A stretch of 36,276 bases of DNA from a virus (IMGVR_UViG_3300027373_000206:1-36276); one strand, 5' to 3'. Shown: positions 19,506-27,155, counted from the first letter of the stretch. Notes: generated from the letters alone by a model not told the origin. Translations and numbers: made by a program.

Positions 19506-19515
19506 GTTTTTTTAA

Positions 19516-20427
19516 TTAAGTGATTGAAATATTGATTCTTGTTTGATACTCTTTGCCAAGATTGTGAGCTTCTTGAAATATCTCTTCTAGAGATTTAATC
19601 CCATCGATAAGGCCGTATTTGAGGGCTTCTTGCGCATAAAAAATCTCTCCAGAAAAAAGATTGGACTCCTCTGGAGCATTCTTAGTTAAGGGTCTAGATA
19701 ATAGTATTGTTTTTTCGAATTCTTCCTGAACAGGATCTAAAAACCTTTTGATGAATTCTTCTGTTTTGCCCTCACTAACATCATTAGAGAGTTTGTTTTT
19801 ATGAGTGCTTTTAGATGCATATACTTCTATTAGACGATACCCGTATTGTTCTAATGCTTTTTTGCTATCCCAATAAGATATCATTGTTCCAATAGAACCT
19901 ACAACATCAAATTTATTGCTGCAATACACTTTATCTCCTGCAGATCCAATATAAATGCCTGCACTGGCCATAATTTTCTTGACAACTACTATAATAGGTT
20001 TATCAAGAGAACGTAATCTTTCATTCACCTTTTCTAGACCATAGCTTTCTCCTCCTGGTGAATTGATGATTAGAACATGAGCAATGATCTTTTCATTTTG
20101 CTCTGCTGTTTCAATATCTTCTATCAACTGTTCAGTAGAGCAATACCACCAATTTTTATCATGAGCAATAAATCCTTCAACAAAATGGATAGCTATACTT
20201 TCAGGTATAGATCGATCATCATAATCAGAGGTGATAAAAATAGAATCATAGTTTTCTTGAATAGATTTTATTTGTTCTGAAATGATTTCTGAATATTTGG
20301 ATGGCTCTGAACCATTTTTAACGTGGCAGTCAAACCGAACTAAGAACTCATTGAAAGAGTCTTGAGAAATAATTAAAGGAGCTAAGCCAAAAAAGCTTAA
20401 CGTTTGGTCCAAATAAGATTGCAGCAT
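19516..20427 (-). CDS. S49 (SppA/ClpP-like) prohead protease (303 aa)
   Basis: INSPGG, MASAG and VGSIG motifs. Confidence 0.92.
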   Translation of the reverse strand: MLQSYLDQTLSFFGLAPLIISQDSFNEFLVRFDCHVKNGSEPSKYSEIISEQIKSIQENYDSIFITSDYDDRSIPESIAIHFVEGFIAHDKNWWYCSTEQLIEDIETAEQNEKIIAHVLIINSPGGESYGLEKVNERLRSLDKPIIVVVKKIMASAGIYIGSAGDKVYCSNKFDVVGSIGTMISYWDSKKALEQYGYRLIEVYASKSTHKNKLSNDVSEGKTEEFIKRFLDPVQEEFEKTILLSRPLTKNAPEESNLFSGEIFYAQEALKYGLIDGIKSLEEIFQEAHNLGKEYQTRINISIT

Positions 20428-20441
20428 ATCTGTTTTTGTTA

Positions 20442-20477
20442 CAAATATGCTGCACCATTAAATATACATAAAGGACT
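20442..20477 (-). promoter_or_regulatory. Putative phage late promoter, copy 4 (AGTCCTTT-N24-TTTG)
   Basis: Fills the gap upstream of the protease gene; identical spacing. Confidence 0.75.
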
Positions 20478-20482
20478 GAATC

Positions 20483-20869
20483 TTAAAAATTCAAAGCAAT
20501 AGGAGAGGATCTAGATAAGTCAATAGATAATTTCGATATAAAAGGAGTGATTTTTAATTTAACTGGGAAATCTTTTGAACCCCATATAATTTTATCGCCT
20601 TGGAGAGAGTAGAGTATAATTAGAATATTTTGACCCATAAACCTCAATATGTCATCATTCTTTTGAATTATTGCAGTTAAATTTTGATTGTATATATCTC
20701 CTGCATCACTAGTGTTTAACTTCTGTTCAAAATTTAGGTCATTAATTGTGTAGTATGACCTAATATTTTTTTCAGTTGATAAGGTATAATTGTTCCCAGA
20801 TATACTTAATACATCGGAAAGAGGTATAATTGATATTTTATTTCCTAATTGATCTATTTTGTTGTTCAT
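20483..20869 (-). CDS. Hypothetical protein (128 aa; likely start ATG 20869)
   Basis: MNNKIDQLG start avoids overlap with the upstream gene and the repeat array. Confidence 0.65.
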   Translation of the reverse strand: MNNKIDQLGNKISIIPLSDVLSISGNNYTLSTEKNIRSYYTINDLNFEQKLNTSDAGDIYNQNLTAIIQKNDDILRFMGQNILIILYSLQGDKIIWGSKDFPVKLKITPFISKLSIDLSRSSPIALNF

Positions 20870-20894
20870 AACTATTTGATATTTAAGGACTGAG

Positions 20895-20938
20895 CAGTTT
20901 TGATACACTTTTGATACAGTTTTGATGCAGTTTTGCTG
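20895..20938. repeat. Four tandem 11-bp repeats, consensus CAGTTTTGATA
   Basis: CAGTTTTGATA CACTTTTGATA CAGTTTTGATG CAGTTTTGCTG. Confidence 0.85.
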
Positions 20939-20981
20939 CACAAAACGGACAAATCGATACACTAAGTCGTACAAATATTTT

Positions 20982-21461
20982 TTAATTATTTTGACGGTAG
21001 TATGAGCGTTTTTCTTTATTTCTTCGCCTGGTTGTATTACGCCAACGATAATAATTCTTAAGCATGGCATCTTCGCTGATTCCGGTAATATTATACTTTT
21101 GACAAAAGATATGTACGGTATCGATATACTCTACTCCTAAGCGATGTTTATTATGATCCAAATCTTCGTGAAGCTCTGTCCACATCATCGTTTCAATTTT
21201 GGCTTGTATAAGACGTCCTGCTCTTAAAGATAAATAATTATATATTCTAGGATTTTTACCTTCGCGACGATCTGGTAATATTATCTCTACATTTCCAGAA
21301 TCTATTGGGTTTGTTTCTGGTCGTTTAGCCATCAAGTCCCATATGAAATGATAGAGATTAATATTATCCGGAAGACTTACAGGATTATTCATTCTTGCGC
21401 CATATTTGCCAATGATGTATTCCGCAAGATGCTGATGAACTTGAATTTTAGTAGTTATCAT
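20982..21461 (-). CDS. Putative transcriptional regulator, candidate late activator (159 aa)
   Basis: Ribbon-helix-like N-terminus, C-terminal HTH-like FCQKYNITGISEDAMLKNYYRWR plus basic tail; sits at the early/late boundary. Confidence 0.5.
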   Translation of the reverse strand: MITTKIQVHQHLAEYIIGKYGARMNNPVSLPDNINLYHFIWDLMAKRPETNPIDSGNVEIILPDRREGKNPRIYNYLSLRAGRLIQAKIETMMWTELHEDLDHNKHRLGVEYIDTVHIFCQKYNITGISEDAMLKNYYRWRNTTRRRNKEKRSYYRQNN

Positions 21462-21706
21462 AAAGCTGCCTCCAATTTGCCATTAATAAATTTTTCAATA
21501 AGAATGTCTGCATATCTATTATAAATAAGCGCAGTTTGATATTTTCCTTTAAATCGATTTTCAAGCAATCGCCTCTTCATTCCTCGTAAGGCAAATTCAT
21601 CACTTTTTTTCTCCTCATTGATAAGCGAGTAAAATGTATGGCGAGCTCCGTTTTTAAGATAAATCACCATTTTAAATTTCGACTGATCATTTCCAAAATT
21701 TGACAT
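21458..21706 (-). CDS. Hypothetical protein (82 aa)
   Basis: Coupled ORF. Confidence 0.65.
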   Translation of the reverse strand: MSNFGNDQSKFKMVIYLKNGARHTFYSLINEEKKSDEFALRGMKRRLLENRFKGKYQTALIYNRYADILIEKFINGKLEAAL

Positions 21707-21732
21707 AAAATTTACGTTTTAGGCTAATTAAT

Positions 21733-23097
21733 TTACACTATTTGCTTGTTTGTTGACTTATTTTGCAATATTGCTAATGCTGCATGTTCATATTCCTGAA
21801 TCTTTCCTGGAGCTTTATTCAAAAGATATGATCTCCAATAAACAAAAGCTGATTTGTTACGATATTCTTGTTCTAAACGTTTTAGAGCGTAAGAGAGCAT
21901 CTGCTGTTCTGTCTTGATCTTACGAGTTTTAAACTGTAGTTCCTTGTATTCTCGATGCTTTTTAAGCCACTTTTGGGTCATAATGAATCCTGATGAGTAA
22001 TTTTCGGGATTCATGTAATGAGCTGGCCAGATATTATCGAAGTTAAATGCAGTGTTTTTTTCCAGATAACTTTGAACGAGCCGGACTCGTTCTCGGTATT
22101 GTTCTAAGGCTATTTCACAAGAAGAGATGGAATTAAGATCTTTAAAATAATATTCAGAAAACTTAAATGCCTTTTCTCTTTCTGATTTATAAATCTTTCT
22201 GTTTGAGAATAATACAGAAATAACAAATTCAACTAGCATGATGGCATATCTTCGTGTTCGTTCCTCCTCATTTTTTCGAATGTCTTGGAGTTTTTGTCCA
22301 TAATTACCCGATGTGTTAATTTTTGGGGTTGTATTCTGTTGAATTTGAACTCCAAAAGCATTTAACATAACACCTACTTTTTTCGATGTGTTAATTTTTG
22401 GCATGTTCAATGCAATCAGATCCTCAAGAGATCCTCGCGAATCTCCTGTGTTCTCGTTAATAGTTCCAGATTGTTCGTTGATAACGATCGGCACAGCCGA
22501 TTCCACTTCGTGTTCCTGAATGTTCTCTGTGATTATTTTTTTATTAAGAGTGTTTAAGATACTAGAACATGGCGTGCAAATTGAACGCAAGGCCTGCTGA
22601 ATCGTAATATCAGTCGTGTTTTTCAAAATAAATAGGAGGGGATTGTACTCTTCATTTTTGTAGTCAGAAATTGGGATCATTTCTGGGTTTAAATAAAGCT
22701 CATAGTCTCTCTGAGTACCGTGGTTGACTTTTTTCAATATGATCTTAGCATCTATTAGACGTTCCGTTAATCGATAAATAGTCGCTTCAGATTTTTTTGT
22801 GAACTCTGATAGCCTTTTGCGATTAGTTGGTAAAATAAGGGCAGAAAGGGCCTTCATTTGAAGTAATTCAGGTGCGTCTCTAAAGACATACCTTGAGGAT
22901 GAAAGTCTTGCTTTTAACGAAAATATAAACTCTCTATAAAGCTCTCGATGTGCACTTTTGAGAAGATTACGCGTCATATCACCATTATCTCTCTCTATCG
23001 AAACAATTCCGTTATACTCTGCAGATTTGGCATCATAAAGAGCCATTATTGCTGCAAAATGATTATCAGTGTCTATGTATGGTATTTGAATTATCAT
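21733..23097 (-). CDS. Putative replication initiator (454 aa)
   Basis: Winged-helix motif (RKRLSEFTKKSEATIYRLTERLIDAKII), low-complexity linker with DNA direct repeats, helical C-terminal domain. Confidence 0.55.
   Translation of the reverse strand: MIIQIPYIDTDNHFAAIMALYDAKSAEYNGIVSIERDNGDMTRNLLKSAHRELYREFIFSLKARLSSSRYVFRDAPELLQMKALSALILPTNRKRLSEFTKKSEATIYRLTERLIDAKIILKKVNHGTQRDYELYLNPEMIPISDYKNEEYNPLLFILKNTTDITIQQALRSICTPCSSILNTLNKKIITENIQEHEVESAVPIVINEQSGTINENTGDSRGSLEDLIALNMPKINTSKKVGVMLNAFGVQIQQNTTPKINTSGNYGQKLQDIRKNEEERTRRYAIMLVEFVISVLFSNRKIYKSEREKAFKFSEYYFKDLNSISSCEIALEQYRERVRLVQSYLEKNTAFNFDNIWPAHYMNPENYSSGFIMTQKWLKKHREYKELQFKTRKIKTEQQMLSYALKRLEQEYRNKSAFVYWRSYLLNKAPGKIQEYEHAALAILQNKSTNKQIV
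22309..22401. repeat. 18-bp perfect direct repeat CGATGTGTTAATTTTTGG x2
   Basis: Copies at 22309-22326 and 22384-22401 (PKINTS twice). Confidence 0.85.
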
Positions 23098-23105
23098 GTT
23101 GGAAA

Positions 23106-23477
23106 TTATTTTATTAATAAGTAATCCTCATATAGATCTTTAAATTGAGAAAGAGCGTACTCGGCGAGATTACGTGATTTGAAGCAAAGCCGGGAGCCGA
23201 CATCCGCAGACGTAAACGCAAAACCCGTACATGAGCAGAAGAACCCGGAGCCCGAAGGGCAATAGAAATAATTATAAAACTTCCTCTCATTGTTGTCCCA
23301 CCAATTTGGTTCCCATCCCTCATTTAGGGCTTCAATTATGATCGTTAGCTTGTAGAAAGCAATTATTGATTTTCGAAGCCTTTCTGGAAGCAGATCTACA
23401 ATAGGTAGATGCGTAGGATCTAAATTAAGAGCCTGGCATGCATCTTCGAATGTTTTGATTTTTTCTGTAATGTTCAT
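23106..23477 (-). CDS. Small protein with DGR variable-region-like C-terminus (123 aa; start ATG 23477)
   Basis: KTFEDAC...ALNEGW.P...SADVGSRLCF; GC-rich, A-depleted segment 23181-23261. Confidence 0.7.
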   Translation of the reverse strand: MNITEKIKTFEDACQALNLDPTHLPIVDLLPERLRKSIIAFYKLTIIIEALNEGWEPNWWDNNERKFYNYFYCPSGSGFFCSCTGFAFTSADVGSRLCFKSRNLAEYALSQFKDLYEDYLLIK

Positions 23478-23487
23478 AATCAAATTT

Positions 23488-25236
23488 TTAAGCAGCAAGC
23501 TGCAAATTTGTACATCCTTTTGCTGTTGCCTCAACTATTGCTGTTGCAACTTTTACTTCAACTGCATTGCCGATAAATTTTTTTTGATCTGCTTGCGAGC
23601 CGATGAGAACATAGTCTTTTGGGAAACCCATTATCATTTTCAGTTCAGGTATCCTAAGCATACGCATCTTTATATCCACTATTCCATAAAGAGCCATGAA
23701 CTCTTTAACCTTTTTTACTATTTCGGAATCAGTATCATAAATTTCATATATCAGCACATTATCTATGTGTTTGATAAATGATGGCATCTTAGATGTGGTT
23801 GTTGTTACATCCACCAAATAGGGTGGTCTCTTATCCATCCTTGCAATAAGAGTAAAGCAAGGCTTGTCGATAGATCTACCCTCTGACTTAAATTGAGGAT
23901 TCATTAGCCATTTTAAATCCACAATTTTATGCTTAGGGTTTGTTGTTACCGTAGGCGCAGGAGCATCAATTGATGCAGGGCTTCCATTGCCATACTGCAT
24001 ATCTAAAAATTTGGAAGTAACGAGTGATAGACGGTCCTTTGTCGTTAGTGTCGGTGATGGCGAGGCTGTAGGTGAGACATTATTTCCATTTCCGTAATAT
24101 GCAGCAATAAATGCGAAACGATTATTAGTAGTAATAGTCCCACAAGGTTTGGTTATATCTAAGGCTGTTGAAAAGGGATCTACTGTGTTATATCGTGACA
24201 GAAAAACTATCTGATGATGATCTTTCGTAGTTATCGTTCCTGCAGGCTTATTGATTGATTGAACTTTGCCTTCTGGTCTTCCTGAAAAAGCCTTTTGAAT
24301 AAACTCAACCTTACATAAATTAAGTCTACCTTGAGTTGAGATAGTTGGGCAAGGATTATCAACAGATGGGGCAACATAGGTTTTCCTCTTTGACATAGAA
24401 TTGTATTTCAAAAGGAATTCTTTTTTTCCTCCTGCTACAAACTTTATAAGCCCAGCATAAGTTCTTTCCCAGGTAGCATCTACTAATGGTTTTTTACGAT
24501 CAAACATAGATTTTCCCTCATCTAAAAAGTCTAGAACTTCTTTGACAGCTCTCCATTTTTTAAGCTGCTTTCCATTACTTTTTGGATGTTCAGCATGTGT
24601 TTGCTCTGGCCAGAATATTTCTTCATTCTTTCTGCAGAACTGTCCAAAGTATCTTTTTCTTGATGTTAATGCACCAAAATCAGCTGCGTTAAGAATTTTA
24701 TATTCATATTTATATCCATAATTACATACAGCGTTGATCCAATTTTGATAATCGGTTCCTGCAAGTTTGCTGATTGGTTTTCCATTATCATCTAGCTCAC
24801 CCCATGACATAAATTCTTCAACATTTTCTATTTGTATTATGTCTGGATTTAGTGCTTGTATATAAGGGAATAGATGATTTGCCAAAGTGCGACTATCAGC
24901 ATCTCTAGGCAGTCCGCCTTTCGCTTTTGAAAAATTCGTACATTCCAAAGATGCCCATAATACTATTTTGGCGTTTGGATATTTCTTTTTAAGAAACTCT
25001 ACATGCTTAATCAATTTTTCAAGTCTAGAGGTGTTATAAAGTTGAGTTATATCCTCTGTGAAATGAAGTGTTTGCTTGTGATTTGATTTGTGGCTTCTTA
25101 TTGCGTTAGCATCGTGATTAATACAACCAGCTACAATAGCGCACTTTTTCCCTTTGATCCTTGCACTATGGACGCCAGTTGTAGTACCGCCTCCGCCACA
25201 AAAAAAGTCTATGTATATGAGTTGAATATTTTCCAT
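23488..25236 (-). CDS. dcm: C5 cytosine DNA methyltransferase with repeat-expanded variable region (582 aa)
   Basis: DFFCGGGG (motif I), SLEC (IV variant), ENV (VI), SRKR (VIII), MGFP and IGNAV (IX/X). Confidence 0.92.
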   Translation of the reverse strand: MENIQLIYIDFFCGGGGTTTGVHSARIKGKKCAIVAGCINHDANAIRSHKSNHKQTLHFTEDITQLYNTSRLEKLIKHVEFLKKKYPNAKIVLWASLECTNFSKAKGGLPRDADSRTLANHLFPYIQALNPDIIQIENVEEFMSWGELDDNGKPISKLAGTDYQNWINAVCNYGYKYEYKILNAADFGALTSRKRYFGQFCRKNEEIFWPEQTHAEHPKSNGKQLKKWRAVKEVLDFLDEGKSMFDRKKPLVDATWERTYAGLIKFVAGGKKEFLLKYNSMSKRKTYVAPSVDNPCPTISTQGRLNLCKVEFIQKAFSGRPEGKVQSINKPAGTITTKDHHQIVFLSRYNTVDPFSTALDITKPCGTITTNNRFAFIAAYYGNGNNVSPTASPSPTLTTKDRLSLVTSKFLDMQYGNGSPASIDAPAPTVTTNPKHKIVDLKWLMNPQFKSEGRSIDKPCFTLIARMDKRPPYLVDVTTTTSKMPSFIKHIDNVLIYEIYDTDSEIVKKVKEFMALYGIVDIKMRMLRIPELKMIMGFPKDYVLIGSQADQKKFIGNAVEVKVATAIVEATAKGCTNLQLAA

Positions 25237-25277
25237 TTACGCTCTAATTTATTAATAAGTAATACTCTTTCAGATAA

Positions 25278-25484
25278 TTATATGTTACTGTTTTTATAAT
25301 CTTTACAACATGATGATTCGTGGGTTATCTCCCCAAGAAATTGGCATCTTTTAGATATTCCATTAGGGGTTTTAATTGGATAGGATCGTCCAACAACTTG
25401 TCCTTTTACAATTATTTTTCCTGTCCATCTACTGCAATTTCTACAATTGCATGATCCGAGAATTGCAGATTCAAATTCTTCCAT
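25278..25484 (-). CDS. Small Cys-rich, putative zinc-binding protein (68 aa)
   Basis: CRNC...C...CC pattern. Confidence 0.55.
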   Translation of the reverse strand: MEEFESAILGSCNCRNCSRWTGKIIVKGQVVGRSYPIKTPNGISKRCQFLGEITHESSCCKDYKNSNI

Positions 25485-25488
25485 TACC

Positions 25489-26046
25489 TTACCCTTTAAA
25501 TTTTTGTATTAATAGACCAAATGTCTCGTAATTAGGAACATGAATAAAAGTGTAATAGTTTTCTTTGAATTCTAGGTCTATGATTGTAGTTTCGATACAC
25601 GATCTAAGTGTATTTAGTAATAGCGACATTTCTTTACTGTCATAGCAAGGGTTTTTAGTGCTGTTTTGTTTAGCCTTATAATCACAAACTACCTGCTCTG
25701 CATCTGGATAGGTGTAATAGTCACCATTTTTTACAAGATTAAAACTAGCCTCATGGAGAACGCCTTCTATTTTACAGATTATATGGTTATTTTCTACTTT
25801 TATTGAGTCAAATTTTAGAATTTGCTCGAATAAAGAGTAATGTAGTAGTACATTATCCAGGTTAGCAATAGACTCCTTGGAAAGTGTTGAAATCTCACTC
25901 AATTTAGCTTTTATCAATATGTTAGCATTTGTTGCGTAAGCGAAGCCATTAGCAAAGTATATATATTGCATGACCGGTCTTAATCCATCTCGCACGTCTG
26001 CAGCTATCTTGTGCAGCTCTATGCCCTTGTTGAATTGTTGAGACAT
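25489..26046 (-). CDS. Hypothetical protein with sliding-clamp-like N-terminus (185 aa)
   Basis: RPVMQYIYF...ATNANIL and YPD resemble beta-clamp RP.L.G....ATD.HRL and YPD. Confidence 0.45.
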   Translation of the reverse strand: MSQQFNKGIELHKIAADVRDGLRPVMQYIYFANGFAYATNANILIKAKLSEISTLSKESIANLDNVLLHYSLFEQILKFDSIKVENNHIICKIEGVLHEASFNLVKNGDYYTYPDAEQVVCDYKAKQNSTKNPCYDSKEMSLLLNTLRSCIETTIIDLEFKENYYTFIHVPNYETFGLLIQKFKG

Positions 26047-26076
26047 TGTGTTTGTTTATTTATCTAAAAAATGACT

Positions 26077-26399
26077 TTAAAATTTTGGATTTTCTTCGAT
26101 ATCCTTTTTTAAAACTTCTTGCAGAACGGGCAATACTTCAGCCGTAAACCTTTTAGCAGCTTCTTTAACTCGATTGTTATATATTATAAAAGCCATACCT
26201 GTGACCATTTTGCCTGCAAAATAATCTGTATTTAGAGTGCTTAAAAGGCTCTAAAGTCCATTTCTCCGAAACATCTCCAGGTATAACTAAAGCTTCCATA
26301 GTCTGTCACTGCAGCAAAAAAACCATCTGTAGTTATTACTACTTGACCTAACCAACCGTTATTTTTTGTTAATGTGTATGATTTTGCCTTTACTTCCAT
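26077..26399 (-). pseudogene. Frameshifted ~107-aa phage gene (or sequencing error)
   Basis: MEVKAKSY...DFRAF then TAA. Adding one T at the 26243-26246 run gives ...FLSTLNTDYFAGKM...ENPKF-stop. Confidence 0.7.
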
Positions 26400-26403
26400 T
26401 TGA

Positions 26404-26529
26404 TTACTTTTTATCTTTTTTAATCTTTGATCTTAACTTAACTGTGAACAGGATAAATATTATAGTTATTAAGCTAAAAAATATTATTAATCCTCTTAAT
26501 ATTAGCTTTATAGTAATGATGTCATCCAT
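26404..26529 (-). CDS. Small single-TM peptide (41 aa)
   Basis: MDDIITIKLILRGLIIFFSLITIIFILFTVKLRSKIKKDKK; fills the gap with a 4-nt spacer to the next ATG. Confidence 0.6.
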   Translation of the reverse strand: MDDIITIKLILRGLIIFFSLITIIFILFTVKLRSKIKKDKK

Positions 26530-26547
26530 TCTAGATAGGTTTAAATA

Positions 26548-26612
26548 ATATAAAGACCGGGGCTGGAACTACTAGCATGTCTGTTTTCGTTCCAGTCCTC
26601 GCGGATCTCCTG
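26548..26612 (-). ncRNA. Candidate structured small RNA or attenuator
   Basis: GC-rich hairpin 26555-26607 right after promoter copy 5, followed by TTTATATT. Confidence 0.45.
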
Positions 26613-26617
26613 TATTG

Positions 26618-26653
26618 CAAAAGTGATTGTCGATTATTCATTCTTAAAGGACC
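26618..26653 (-). promoter_or_regulatory. Putative phage promoter, copy 5 (GGTCCTTT-N24-TTTG)
   Basis: Same motif and spacing; intergenic, 3 nt after a stop codon. Confidence 0.7.
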
Positions 26654-26656
26654 TAT

Positions 26657-26971
26657 TTAATAAGTTTTCATTAGCTCAGACTGCATTTGAAATCCATGAT
26701 TCTTACAGAGCTTTGAATGTTTTTTTGTAGAAACTAATTCTGTGTCTTCGAAAAAGTAATAGATCATCCTTCGTCTTGTATCAACCCTACCTTGACCTGC
26801 TTTTCTAATTCTATATATCAGATTGTATTTGGCCTTTTGGATTTTAAGATCACAGTGAGAGCAGATAGTTTCTTCCTGGTTGACCCACCAGCATGATCCA
26901 TGTTTTGGATGATAACATGCAGAAGTATTAGTACATCCACAATACTTACATATCCCTGAAGTATTAGCCAT
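26657..26971 (-). CDS. Cys-rich zinc-finger-like protein (104 aa)
   Basis: CKYCGCT...AC...CWWV...CSHC. Confidence 0.65.
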   Translation of the reverse strand: MANTSGICKYCGCTNTSACYHPKHGSCWWVNQEETICSHCDLKIQKAKYNLIYRIRKAGQGRVDTRRRMIYYFFEDTELVSTKKHSKLCKNHGFQMQSELMKTY

Positions 26972-27155
26972 TTTGAAGCTTTTTAAAAATGATTGCCCAG
27001 GCTAAAAATGATGGAATAGCAACGTGAAATAAAACACTTGTTAATACCATTCCTAGAGTTATTTCCTTATCAATACTCCATTGTATTAAGGCATAGATTG
27101 ACAATGCTATACATAGTATAATTACAATTGTCATTTGAGCTTTTTTTGAATTCAT
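26964..27155 (-). CDS. Small two-TM membrane protein (63 aa)
   Basis: Two hydrophobic stretches; coupled ORF. Confidence 0.6.
   Translation of the reverse strand: MNSKKAQMTIVIILCIALSIYALIQWSIDKEITLGMVLTSVLFHVAIPSFLAWAIIFKKLQNG

Noticed and set aside
20895-20938. Possible CRISPR array
   Set aside because: 11-bp tandem units without spacers; no cas genes in the window.
20870-21070. N-terminal extension of the 195-aa track ORF
   Set aside because: Overlaps the upstream gene and the repeat array; ATG 20869 is more plausible.
23106-23477. Complete DGR cassette
   Set aside because: No reverse transcriptase, Avd or template repeat found in the window; only the target-like gene is supported.
26575-26612. 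Hammerhead ribozyme resemblance (UCC-GCGA-GGAC...GAAA)
   Set aside because: The CUGAnGA core is missing and GAAA is not adjacent to the stem.
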